NCBI GenBank assembly: GCA_007129945.1
Contig: SKUN01000022.1
Coordinates: 1-51,270 of the forward strand
Reading direction: 5' to 3'
Length of the DNA stretch: 51,270 nt
DNA from: Bacteroidales bacterium
GTDB taxonomy: Bacteria; Bacteroidota; Bacteroidia; Bacteroidales; UBA7960
Shown here: piece by piece, positions 16,715 to 26,900 of the stretch
Layout: each line of letters begins with the position of its first letter
Numbering within the stretch: the stretch's first letter is position 1
Notes under the pieces: model-generated
Database searches by the model: none
Told to the model about the DNA's origin: nothing
What the model saw: the letters and a program-made list of their open reading frames with translations, nothing else
Translations under genes and position numbers: made by a program

Positions 16715-18220
16715 TTAAATGGATGATTGATCTTCACGAAAGTGGGCCCCGGTGCTTTCCTGTCTTTCCAGTGCGGATGACAGGATCTCCCTTGCTACCA
16801 GGGCCATATTTAAAACACTGGTTTCCTCCGGGGGGCGAAGTGTTACCTCTTCCAGCCTCCGGATGGTGCAGTTGATGGTGCGCAGCCCCTGGAGCAGACC
16901 GTACTGGTTCCGGACGATCCCGCCATATTTTTGCATGTTCTGCCGGATCTGGCGGCGCATGGCTGCCACATCTTCCATGTTCCTCTTTTTTTCAGGAAGC
17001 CTGATACCGGGGGCTGCAGGGGTTGTAAGGGGATTGTGATTGATGTGGGCGGCACATTGCCTGGCAAAAAAGACGCACTCGAGCAGGGAGTTGCTGGCGA
17101 GCCGGTTGGCCCCGTGTACCCCCGTACATGCTGCTTCTCCGCAGGCGTATAGTCCTTTGAGGTTTGTTTGTGCGAATTCATCGGTACGTATCCCGCCCAT
17201 AAAATAATGTTGCACCGGAGCAACGGGGATCCACTCTTTGCTGATGTCTATTCCCTGTTCACGGCAGCGCTCAGATATGTTCGGGAAGCGTTTTGACAGG
17301 TAGTCGCGGCCGCGTGAGGTAATATCGAGGTATACGCAAGGGCGTTGGTGTTTTTCCATCTCCCTGAAGATTTCCCGGGCCACCACATCGCGGGGGGCCA
17401 GGTCTTTCATGGGATGACGACCCTCCATGAAGGCTTCACCATTTTCGTTGCGCAATATGCCGCCTTCTCCCCTGACGGCTTCAGATATGAGGAAGGAGGA
17501 TTTTCCGGATTTCTTGTTGTAGAAGGCAGAGGGGTGGAATTGTACGAATTCCATATGGCATGTTTTTGCCCCGGCCCGCATCGCTGCTGCGATTCCGTCG
17601 CCGGTAATGCCTTCCTGGTTGGTGGTATACTGGTAGAGTGCCCCGATTCCCCCGGTGGCGATCACTACCCTGGGTGCGGAAAGGAATGTATAATCCTGCC
17701 CATAAACCACCATGCCGCATACCGCCTCACGATCACTGGTAACCACATCAATCATGAAGTGGTTTTCCAAAATATCGATATTGCCCCGCTGCCTGATGGC
17801 TTCCACCAGTTTGCCGATCATGTGATGACCCGTGGCATCTCCCCCGCAATGCAGTACCCGGTCTTCGGTGTGCCCACCCTCACGGGTGCTGTACCAATGA
17901 CCGTCGGTACCTGTGTCGTACCTGACCCCGAAATCAGTCAGCCTGATTACCTCAGCAGCCCCTTTTTCTATCATCATGCGGGCCATCCGTTCATTGGTGA
18001 CAGTCCCCCCGGCTTTCAGGGTGTCTTCCAGGTGCCGGGTGGTGTCATCTTCCTTGCGGGTGACCGCTGCGATCCCGCCCTGGGCCAGGGAGGAATTGCA
18101 GGTAAACAGTTCATCTTTGACCAGAATGGCACAGGAGAGTTTTTTATCCAGTGAAAGCGCCGTGTACAACCCTGCCAGCCCGCCACCGGCAATCACCACG
18201 TCGTAGCTTTTGGATGGCAT
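16715..18220 (-). CDS. nadB: L-aspartate oxidase
   Basis: FAD dinucleotide fold YDVVIAGGGLAGL and succinate dehydrogenase/fumarate reductase flavoprotein blocks (..SLAQGGIAA.., ..HPSAF.., ..GLYACGEAACTGVHGANRLASNSLLE..). The start is set at ATG 18220; the track ORF extends to 18262. Confidence 0.9.
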   Translation of the reverse strand: MPSKSYDVVIAGGGLAGLYTALSLDKKLSCAILVKDELFTCNSSLAQGGIAAVTRKEDDTTRHLEDTLKAGGTVTNERMARMMIEKGAAEVIRLTDFGVRYDTGTDGHWYSTREGGHTEDRVLHCGGDATGHHMIGKLVEAIRQRGNIDILENHFMIDVVTSDREAVCGMVVYGQDYTFLSAPRVVIATGGIGALYQYTTNQEGITGDGIAAAMRAGAKTCHMEFVQFHPSAFYNKKSGKSSFLISEAVRGEGGILRNENGEAFMEGRHPMKDLAPRDVVAREIFREMEKHQRPCVYLDITSRGRDYLSKRFPNISERCREQGIDISKEWIPVAPVQHYFMGGIRTDEFAQTNLKGLYACGEAACTGVHGANRLASNSLLECVFFARQCAAHINHNPLTTPAAPGIRLPEKKRNMEDVAAMRRQIRQNMQKYGGIVRNQYGLLQGLRTINCTIRRLEEVTLRPPEETSVLNMALVAREILSSALERQESTGAHFREDQSSI

Positions 18221-18337
18221 TGTGCTCAGATCTTTATCGAAGATGTAACGGCGCATAGGCATCAGTGTTGGTATTCCACCGCTTGGGGTCAGGTGGTCAT
18301 TTGTTGGTATTGTTATGCGGGCAGTGTTGATTTGTGA

Positions 18338-19246
18338 TCAGCATTTTAGCATCCTCTCAAGCGGTTTGCGGGCCCGTTCGGCCATCTTCCGGTCAATTTC
18401 AATCACATGCCTGTTCTCCTGCAAGCTCTCATAGAGGTGCTGCAGGGTGGTTTTTTTCATGTTGGGGCAAATAAAATGGCCTGTCAGCATATGAAAGGTT
18501 TTATCCGGGTTGGCTGTTCGAAGCGGGTGGAGAATTCCCTGTTCGGTGCCGATGATAAATTCATTGTGGTCGCTTTCGCCGGCATATTTGATGATCTGTG
18601 CGGTGCTGCCGATGAAATCAGCCTGATCCCTCACTTCTTTCCGGCATTCGGGATGAACCAGCAATTGGGCATCCGGGTGTTGTTCCCGCGCCAGTTTTGC
18701 GTCAATGGCCATCACATCCTCGTGGGGCGGGCAATAGCCATCGTGGAGGATGAAGGTTTTTTCCGGGACCTGTTCCGCTGCATATCCGCCCAGGTTCTTG
18801 TCAGGCACAAAAATAATCTTCTCATGGGGGAGGGAGCGGATCACCCTGATGGCATTGGAAGAGGTACAACAAATATCACTGACTGCTTTCACCGCAGTGG
18901 ATGAATTCACATAAGATACCACGGCTGCGTCCGGGTGCTGTGCTTTCATGTTACGGACGTCAGCATCCGTGGCCATGTCTGCCATGGGGCAGCCGGCATG
19001 TTTTACGGGAAGCAGCACGGTTTTGTCCGGGCTCAGCAATTTTGCACTTTCGGCCATAAAATCCACCCCGCAAAAAACGATGACCTTTTGGGGAAGTTCT
19101 GCCGCCAGCTTGCTCAGGGCGAATGAATCCCCCACATGATCAGCAATGTTCTGTATGTCCGGTATTTGGTAATAATGAGCCAGGATAACCGCGTCCCGCT
19201 CTTTTTTTAAGCGAATGATCCCTTCAGCAATATTTTCGGTATGCAT
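18338..19246 (-). CDS. nadA: Quinolinate synthase
   Basis: 302 aa. ILAHYYQ, VVSYVNSS and CPNMK blocks are typical of NadA. It is first in the minus-strand order nadA-nadB-nadC. Confidence 0.92.
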   Translation of the reverse strand: MHTENIAEGIIRLKKERDAVILAHYYQIPDIQNIADHVGDSFALSKLAAELPQKVIVFCGVDFMAESAKLLSPDKTVLLPVKHAGCPMADMATDADVRNMKAQHPDAAVVSYVNSSTAVKAVSDICCTSSNAIRVIRSLPHEKIIFVPDKNLGGYAAEQVPEKTFILHDGYCPPHEDVMAIDAKLAREQHPDAQLLVHPECRKEVRDQADFIGSTAQIIKYAGESDHNEFIIGTEQGILHPLRTANPDKTFHMLTGHFICPNMKKTTLQHLYESLQENRHVIEIDRKMAERARKPLERMLKC

Positions 19247-19309
19247 ATATCTTCCTCATTGCACAGACGATAAGCGTCTTTTTTTGTTGCGTTGCATTTT
19301 CAAACGCCA

Positions 19310-19317
19310 CAAAAATA
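19310..19317 (-). promoter_or_regulatory. -7 box TATTTTTG for the nadABC operon
   Basis: Exact TAnnTTTG match on the minus strand, 63 nt before ATG 19246. Confidence 0.5.
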
Positions 19318-19339
19318 GTAATTTATCAAATGCGGGTCG

Positions 19340-22069
19340 TCAATGTGCCGGTTCAATTTTAACCGCCGAAAGTTTGAACGGGGCAATTTTCGAAAAAGGA
19401 TCCAGTTCATCACTGGTCAGTTTGTTAACAGGCGCTTCGGCATAATGAAACGGCATAAACAATTCACCCGGCAGCACCTCTCTGCTGCTGCGGATCACCG
19501 AACTGATTGTCCCCCGCCTGGAGGTGATGTGTACTTTCTGCTCCTCCGAAAGGCCGAGTTTTTGCACATCATCAGGATGGATCAGCAGGTAGGCTTCATT
19601 GGCAAAGTCGGTCAGGGCCTTGTTGCGCCTCGACATGGTAGAGGAGTGGTACTGATAGAGGATTCTCCCGGTATTCAGGATAAACGGATACTGGTTGTCG
19701 GCCTTTTCGCTCTGTTCCGCATAGTCGACCGGGTGTAGTTTGGCCAGACCGTTTTTCGTATTGAACTTTTCAGTGAAAAGGGTGGTGGTGCCGGGATGGC
19801 TTTTTTCCGGACAGGGCCATTGTATGCCTTGTTTTTCCAGTCGGTCATAGCTGATCCCGCCAAATATGGGAGCTGTCTGTGCAATTTCATCCCAAATTGC
19901 AGCCTCATTCGGGTAATCGCCAATGGGAGTGCCCATTCTGCGGGCAATTTCAGCCACAATATGCCAGTCCTGCCGTGCCTCCCCGGGTGGGGCCACTGCC
20001 TTGCGGACACGGAGTACACGGCGGTCGCTGTTTACAAAAGTGCCCTCTTTCTCGGCGAAGGCCGTTGCGGGAAGAATCACGTCCGCATAAGGGGTGGTCT
20101 CGGTGTGGAAAATGTCCTGGACGACCAGGAAGTCCAGTTTCTTCACCGCTTCCAGGGTGTGGTTCAGGTTGGGATCGGTGAGCATGGGGTTTTCGCCCAT
20201 GACATACATCCCCTTGACCTGACCTTCATAGGCTGCCTGCATGATCTCCACGGTCGACAGGCCTTTTTCACCGTCCAGCTTTTCAAAGGGAATTCCCCAT
20301 ATTTCAGCCACCTTTCGCCGGTTTTCCTTATCATCCACCGGAATGTATCCCGGATAGGTAAACGGGGAAGCTCCCACGTCGGAAACCCCCTGCACATTAT
20401 TCTGGCCCCGTGGCGGATTCAGCCCTGCTCCCTTTCGCCCGATCTGCCCGGTGATCAGCATCATATTGATCAGGCTGAACACATTGTGTGTGCCGGTAAC
20501 CTGCTGGCTGAAGCCCATGCCAGTGGCGATCAGCGGTTGCCTTGCCCCGGCATATATCCTTGCCGCTTCTGCAATAAGGCTGGCTTTTACCCCGGTGATC
20601 TCTTCTGTTTTTTCGGGCGTGTATTTTTCTGTGAGTTCTTTCAGGGCTTCGAATGACTCCATCCCACCTTCCACGCGCTTCTCAATGAAATCCCTGTCAA
20701 TCCGGTTTTCTTTGATGATCACGTGGATCATCCCGTTAAGCAGTGCCACGTCGGTGCCCAGTTTGGGCTGCAGCCAGATATGCGCGTGATCCACAAGAGG
20801 GGTCCACTTGGGGTCAATGATGATGATCTTTCCCCCTTTTCGTTGTGCTGCATACTTTACGTAGGTAGCTGTGACGGGGTGTGTTTCGATCATGTTGTTC
20901 CCTGTCACAAGTATGCAGTCGCTTTCTGCATAGTCCTCGATGGAGTTGCTTCCCGCTCCGTCGCCCAGGGAGCGCAGCATGGCCGTTACCGTGGAAGCAT
21001 GACAAAGACGGGTGCAATAGTCGATGTTGTTGTTCTCAAAAACTGTCCGGACAAACTTCATGAAGAGGTAATTGTCTTCATTGGTGGCCTTGGCCGAAGC
21101 ATAGCCGGCCAGGGCTTTCCGCCCGTATTTCTCCTTGATTTCCGCAAATTTGGCGGCCACCAGGTCAAGGGCTTCATCCCAGCTGGCTTCCACAAACTGC
21201 CCGTCCTTTTTGATCAGGGGTTTGGTCAGGCGTTCAGGATGCTGCACATAATCGCAGCCAAAACGCCCTTTGACACAAAGACGGCCATCGTTGGGACTTA
21301 CCCCCTCCACGCCGTTGCTTCTCAGGATGCGGCCGTTTTGCACAACCAGCTCCAGCTGGCAGCCTACACCGCAGTAGGGGCAGGTGGTCTGTACTTTAGT
21401 GGTTTTTTCATCAAGTCTGAGCTCTTCGCGATGCGGTTTTTCCACGATGGCACCGGTGGGGCATAGCTGGATACATTCACCGCATCCGTCGCATTCACTT
21501 TCTCCCCATTTGTCAAACCCGCCCACGATATAGCTGCTGATGCCGCGACTGGTAAAGGAAAGCACATTTTTTCCCTGTACCTCATCGCAACCCTTGATGC
21601 ACCGGAAACAGCGAATGCATTTTGCGGCATCATAGGTGAGTACCGGGGAAGACTCGTCTTTTGGGTAATTCATTTCTTTCCAGATGGAAGGAAAGGTGCG
21701 GTTTTCTTTTTTGTCGAGCCCGTAACGCCGGCACAATTCCCGGAACTCATCCTCGTAAGCGCCGTCATATTCTTCATTGTGCTCGGCCAGGAGATAATCC
21801 AGCAGGTATTTTCGCGCCTCTTCCAGTTCATCGTCAGAGGTGGTGACCTCCATGCCGTCTTTCACTGTGATGCCGCAGGAGGCGATCATGCCCCGCTGAT
21901 CCTTGATTTTTACAATGCACAGGCGGCAGGCTCCTGTGGGCGAAAGTTTTCGATGGTAGCACAAATGGGGGATCCGGATGCCGTTGTCTTCGGCGACCTG
22001 CAACAGGTTGGCCCCTTCTTTGGCCACTATGGTTTTGTGATCGATGGTTAAGTGAATCTTTTCAGACAT
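19340..22069 (-). CDS. Formate dehydrogenase alpha subunit, NAD-linked FdsA/FdhA type (Fe-S N-terminal module + Mo/W-bisPGD catalytic domain), cysteine form
   Basis: 909 aa. It has a 2Fe-2S motif (CYHRKLSPTGACRLC), ferredoxin motifs (CIRCFRCIKGC, CDGCGECIQLCPTGA) and the MopB cluster CPYCGVGC. The active-site context is CTRLCHASTV, with Cys where Sec-type enzymes have U. Confidence 0.85.
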   Translation of the reverse strand: MSEKIHLTIDHKTIVAKEGANLLQVAEDNGIRIPHLCYHRKLSPTGACRLCIVKIKDQRGMIASCGITVKDGMEVTTSDDELEEARKYLLDYLLAEHNEEYDGAYEDEFRELCRRYGLDKKENRTFPSIWKEMNYPKDESSPVLTYDAAKCIRCFRCIKGCDEVQGKNVLSFTSRGISSYIVGGFDKWGESECDGCGECIQLCPTGAIVEKPHREELRLDEKTTKVQTTCPYCGVGCQLELVVQNGRILRSNGVEGVSPNDGRLCVKGRFGCDYVQHPERLTKPLIKKDGQFVEASWDEALDLVAAKFAEIKEKYGRKALAGYASAKATNEDNYLFMKFVRTVFENNNIDYCTRLCHASTVTAMLRSLGDGAGSNSIEDYAESDCILVTGNNMIETHPVTATYVKYAAQRKGGKIIIIDPKWTPLVDHAHIWLQPKLGTDVALLNGMIHVIIKENRIDRDFIEKRVEGGMESFEALKELTEKYTPEKTEEITGVKASLIAEAARIYAGARQPLIATGMGFSQQVTGTHNVFSLINMMLITGQIGRKGAGLNPPRGQNNVQGVSDVGASPFTYPGYIPVDDKENRRKVAEIWGIPFEKLDGEKGLSTVEIMQAAYEGQVKGMYVMGENPMLTDPNLNHTLEAVKKLDFLVVQDIFHTETTPYADVILPATAFAEKEGTFVNSDRRVLRVRKAVAPPGEARQDWHIVAEIARRMGTPIGDYPNEAAIWDEIAQTAPIFGGISYDRLEKQGIQWPCPEKSHPGTTTLFTEKFNTKNGLAKLHPVDYAEQSEKADNQYPFILNTGRILYQYHSSTMSRRNKALTDFANEAYLLIHPDDVQKLGLSEEQKVHITSRRGTISSVIRSSREVLPGELFMPFHYAEAPVNKLTSDELDPFSKIAPFKLSAVKIEPAH

Positions 22070-22079
22070 GGGATGGTGT

Positions 22080-23315
22080 TTAGTGTTCCAGAAAATAACG
22101 CGCGGCTGATTTCAAGGGGAGTATGGGTGATTGGCCCAGCGGGCATAAAGAAGTGGCGGCCATCATTTCTGATTCCCGCAACATTTGCTGTACCAGTGTT
22201 TTGCGATCGGAATGTCCGCTCAGTAATTGTTCGGATCTTTTCACAAGAATGGTTGTACCTGTACGGCAGGGCACACATTTGCCACAGGATTCGTGTCGGA
22301 AAAACCGCAGGCAGTTGTGCAGGATCTGCTCCACCGAATCCTCCGCTGCCATGATGATCACGGCACCGGACCCCAGCGTGGCTCCTTTTTCCTTCAGGTT
22401 GTCGTACGTCATCCGCTCTTTCAGCATGCTGCTGTCTACAAAAGTGCCGGCAGCACCCCCCAGCAGTGCGGCTTTGAAAGGGCGTCCGCCGCGCATTCCG
22501 CCGGCAAGTCCGATGAGGTCCTCAAGGGTTACCCCCATGGGAAGTTCATAATGCCCTGGTTTGTTTACCTGTCCGCTGATGGTAAATATCTTTGTTCCGT
22601 GCGATCGCTTTGTGCCGATGCCCTGGTACCAGGCTTTTCCCTTGCTCAGAATGAGTGGCGCATTGGCCAGGGTTTCCACGTTGTTGACCAGGGTGGGCAT
22701 GCTGAACAAGCCCTTTTCGGCCGGGAAGGGTGGCTTGATGCGGGGGGTGCCCCTTTTCCCTTCCAGGGATTCCAGCATGGTCAGCTCTTCGCCGCAGAGG
22801 TAGGAGCCGGCGCCCAGTCTGATTTCCACATCGAAACTGAAATCCGATCCCATGATGTTCTTCCCGAGGTACCCCCTTTCGTACGCATCCTCAATGGCTT
22901 TTTTCGTCTTTTTGATGGAGTCGGTATATTCTCCGCGGAGGTATATATAGCCTTTGGTGGCCTGGATGGCCCATGCGGCAATGATGGTTCCTTCCAGGTA
23001 GAGGTGGGGGTCTTGTTCCATGATCACCCTGTCTTTAAAGGTGCCCGGTTCCCCTTCATCGGCATTGACGACCACGTATCGCTGCGGACAGCGCAGACAG
23101 GACTCACTGGTGAAGCGTTGTTTCATGCCCGTGGAGAACCCTGCCCCGCCGCGACCGCGCAATCCCGCCTCCAGCAGTTCGTCAATGACCTCCACCGGGC
23201 GCATGGAAAGCGCCTTTCGCAATCCTTCATAACCACCTGCTTTCAGGTAATCGTCAATGTTTTCCGGGTCGATCTTCCCGGCGTTTTTCAGCACAATTCT
23301 GGTTTCCTGTATCAT
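22080..23315 (-). CDS. NuoF-like NADH-binding FMN/4Fe-4S flavoprotein subunit (FdsB-like)
   Basis: 411 aa. GLRGRGGAGFSTGMK (FMN/NADH site) and ESCGKCVPCRTG plus LCPLGQS (N3 cluster ligands). It lies 10 nt upstream of the FDH alpha gene. Confidence 0.88.
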   Translation of the reverse strand: MIQETRIVLKNAGKIDPENIDDYLKAGGYEGLRKALSMRPVEVIDELLEAGLRGRGGAGFSTGMKQRFTSESCLRCPQRYVVVNADEGEPGTFKDRVIMEQDPHLYLEGTIIAAWAIQATKGYIYLRGEYTDSIKKTKKAIEDAYERGYLGKNIMGSDFSFDVEIRLGAGSYLCGEELTMLESLEGKRGTPRIKPPFPAEKGLFSMPTLVNNVETLANAPLILSKGKAWYQGIGTKRSHGTKIFTISGQVNKPGHYELPMGVTLEDLIGLAGGMRGGRPFKAALLGGAAGTFVDSSMLKERMTYDNLKEKGATLGSGAVIIMAAEDSVEQILHNCLRFFRHESCGKCVPCRTGTTILVKRSEQLLSGHSDRKTLVQQMLRESEMMAATSLCPLGQSPILPLKSAARYFLEH

Positions 23316-23321
23316 GACCTT

Positions 23322-23783
23322 TTAGCTTTTTTTTGACCGGATTCTGGTGATGACCTCCCGGATCTTTTCCTCGCTGAGGTTATTGAATACCTTGTCGTTA
23401 ATCATCATGGAGGGGGCTTCCTGGCACTGGCCGAGGCATTCGGCGGTTTCCAGGGTGAAAAGCCCGTCATTGGTGGTTTCCCCGGTTTTTATGCCCAGCA
23501 CGCCTTCAATGACCGGGATCATGGAGTTGACTTTCATGATCTCGCAAACAGGTGAAATGCAGATGCGGATCACATGTCTGCCCCGGGGCTTCAGGCTGAA
23601 CATGGAGTAATACCCGGCAACGCCGAATACCGCCGCTTTGGTCATTTTCAGGTAACGGGCGGTTTCTTCAAGGGCCTCTTCTGTCAGGTAATTCTGTGGA
23701 TGGGTGTTTTGCAGGGCATGCAGGATATTCAGCAAGTTGTCCTGCCCGGGATCAAATTGCCGGATGAGCTCTTGTGTGGACAT
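23322..23783 (-). CDS. NuoE-like thioredoxin-fold 2Fe-2S subunit (FdsG-like)
   Basis: Cys ligands sit in ..IRICISPVCEI.. and ..ETAECLGQCQEAP... It lies 6 nt upstream of the NuoF-like gene. The start is either ATG 23783 (MSTQELI...) or ATG 23810. A near-consensus box TACATTTA abuts 23810, which favours 23783. Confidence 0.8.
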   Translation of the reverse strand: MSTQELIRQFDPGQDNLLNILHALQNTHPQNYLTEEALEETARYLKMTKAAVFGVAGYYSMFSLKPRGRHVIRICISPVCEIMKVNSMIPVIEGVLGIKTGETTNDGLFTLETAECLGQCQEAPSMMINDKVFNNLSEEKIREVITRIRSKKS

Positions 23784-23966
23784 GGGGGCTGGTGTTAGTT
23801 GTAACAACATGGTTAAATGTAGCGACAGGGTCGGGTGTTCATTGATTCACCTTTTCATGCAGCGGCATGGAAAGGTAGTCGCTGATTCAGCTGTTTCAGA
23901 TTTAATTATTCCGGAATCAAAATACAAATAAATCCTTAAACCGGCAGTTGATTCTGCAGGAAAAAT

Positions 23967-26900
23967 TTAAACGACTTCTGCGACCCCTTTGTCCAGGTAA
24001 ACCAGCAGTTTTTTCACATCCGGGTAACCCATAGATTGCAGGATGCGTGCGTAGCCCTCCATCTGTTGCCGGTGTTTCTGGTAGGCCTTGCCTGTTTTGT
24101 AATCCAGGATGACGGTCTCATTTTCCAGGAACACCACCCGGTCAGGCCGGTAAAAGGTTCCGTCCTCATCAAACAGGCCTGCTTCTTTTCTGGCCCGTAC
24201 ACCGGGAGAAAAACAGGGGGCCAGCAGCGGGTCGGACAAAATCTGTCCGATTTTTTCTTTCCATTCAGCCTGCTTGCTGCTGTCTATCTCCCCGTTGGCG
24301 ACCATCTGACCGAGTACTTCCTCCACATCATTATGGCTGTCGATCATCTCCATGGCACGGTGCAGCAGGTTTCCCCGTTCCAGCGGGTCGGCCCCTTCCA
24401 GGAGGCTGCTTCTTTCAGCCTGATGCGAGCGGATCCGCAGGGCCCTGGTCCACTGTTCCGACATGAGCCGGCGGAAATAATCCATTTCCGGCTCCGGGGG
24501 AGCGACTTTTCCGGCTGAAGGCCCGAATGTACCGAAGTGATAACAAGCTTTTTCGTCATCCCACAATCCTTTACTCACCAGAAAATCGTGCAGCATGCCG
24601 TTGACCGAATCGGGTTTGTAATTGTTTGCTTCTTTGCCGGAGAGGATGAAAAGCTTCTCGGAAGAGCGGGTAAAGGCCACGTAGGTGGCGTTGAGCATAT
24701 CCAGGAAAGTTTTCTCCTTTTCTTTTTCCCATTCTCCTTCGTAAGGGGTGCCGGCCAGGGCGGCTTTGCTCATCTCAAGCCAGACTGCTGGAAGTTCCGG
24801 GACACTGGCTGATACTCCCCCGGTCCAAAAGCCTTTCCTGGTCAGTTTGTCAGGTCGCTGCACGGCAAAAGGATGGATTACGACGGGAAACTGCAGCCCT
24901 TTGGACTTATGGACAGTCATTACCCGCACTGCTTCAGTACCTTCGGGAATGACTATGGAGTATTTTTGCTGGTTCTCTTCCCACCATTCCAGGAAGTCGG
25001 CATACGACAGCATGTGCTTTTCTGAGAAATCGTAAACGGCATCGGTAAAGTAGGCCACGAAAGGGTTGGGGGATGCATCTCCGGCGAAAAAGTGACGGAG
25101 TATGGTCTCGCAGGTGTCATAGATGTTCTGGTGTTCGAAAACCCGGAAGGAAAAGTCGATGCCGTTGGCATGCATGAGTTTTTCAAGGCCCGGAAGCAGG
25201 GAGGACCCGCCCGTTGACTTCTTCCCGCTGAGCCCTGCTTCTCTCAGGCATTCATGCAGGGCAGGGGGCGTGGTGATGTGTCCGCCCTGGTGCAGGAAAG
25301 TGACCATTTCGGCTGCAGCCACGGGGTCGGCAGGATTGTCCAGCAGGGTGATGATGGACAGAAAAAAGTTGACTTCGGGGCTGTAGCTCAGCAGCAGGGA
25401 GTCGGGAGAAATCACGGGGATGTTTTCTGTCAGCAGCATCCTGGCCACCATGCTGGCTTCTTCATTGGCCCGGCAGAGAATGGTGATGTCCTGCAGGGGA
25501 TGCCCTGCTTCCCGGCAATGCCTGATAATGCCCGGTATTTCCCGCAGGGTGTTTTCCTGCAATTCTTTTTTGTTTGCCCCCTCCATGAAGCGAATACTCA
25601 CATGGCCTTCTTCTTTGTCAGGCCGGGCTTCTTGCTTTACTTCTTTGTAGATGCCCTGCATGTCTTCGGGCAGCTGCTTGCGTGTAAACTGAAAAAACGC
25701 ATTGTTGAAACCGACGATTTCCCGGGCTGACCGCCAGTTGGTATCCAGGGAGATCTCCCGGTAGTTGTTTTGCAAGGTGACTTCCCATTCGGGTTTGGAT
25801 ATTTTCCTGAGCTCCCCGGTGAGGGCCGGCAGGTTGGCAAACTGTTCCACATCTCCGTTGCGGAAACGGTAAATGGCCTGTTTGCCGTCTCCGACCACCA
25901 GGCTCATATGGCCGGAGGAAAGGGAATTCTCTACCAGCGGAAGCAGATTCTGCCATTGCAGCATGGAGGTGTCCTGGAATTCGTCGATCATATAATGACG
26001 GTAACGCTCGCCCAGCCGTTCATAAATAAAGGGTACCGGTTGTTCCGTGATGATGGCTGCGATCCGTTTGTTGAAATCCGAAATGTGGAGGAGGATGTTG
26101 TCGGTTTTGATCTCCTCCAGCATTTTTTCCACTTCGTTAAGTACGGCCAGCGGGAAAATGGAGCGCAATACGGCCTGCCTGTTCAGGTAGGTTTCCAGGC
26201 TTTCTTCCGCCAGGGACTGGATGCGTTCAAAGTACTGTATAAGCTCACCTTTGATCGCCGTGATGCACTCTTTCTGCGCTGCGGTGCACTTTCCCGATAG
26301 CCATTTGTCCTCATCAATGGTGGTTTTTACGTAGCTGCCCGGGCGGATCTTTTCCCTGATATTGCCCCCGGCAAGATGCCTGAAGTAGCTGTATATGCCG
26401 TTTTTGCCGCGGTAGAAGGCCTCCGGCGGGAGCTCCTGGCGGTGTATCAGCTCCAGAGCGGCCCCGGCCTCCCGGGCAACCTTCTCTTCAAACGCCTTCA
26501 CCTGTCCTTTCAATTTCCCGGCCAGTTGCTGAAAGTCCTGCATCTCCACCTCCTTCAGCTGCTCAATGTATCTGCTGCTTTCTTCATCGGTGAGTGTCTT
26601 TGCCAGCCGGGTGATGTGCTGTTCGATGCGGACATCCTGCTCGTCGTCAGCCTGGCTGACAATATAAGTTACCAGCAGGGCGGTCAGTTTTTTGTCACGG
26701 CCAACCTGGTTGATCAGCAGGTCCACGGCTTGTTTAAGCAGGGCTTCTGCATCCAGTGACACTTCAAAATGCAGCGGGATGCGCAGGTCGAAGGCAAATG
26801 TCCGTATCACCCGGTGTACAAAACTGTCAATGGTACTTACTGAAAAGTCGCTGTATTGATGAAGGATCTTTTTAAGGACAAGCTTTGCATTGCGGATCAG

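Noticed and set aside
20960-21010. Selenocysteine (in-frame TGA plus SECIS) in the formate dehydrogenase alpha subunit
   Set aside because: The 909-aa ORF is uninterrupted, and the active-site position is an ordinary Cys codon (CTRLCHAST). No recoding is needed.
23811-23966. Moco riboswitch upstream of the formate dehydrogenase operon
   Set aside because: No conserved Moco-motif elements were recognisable by eye. There is only a near-consensus promoter box (TACATTTA). This would need an Infernal scan to exclude formally.
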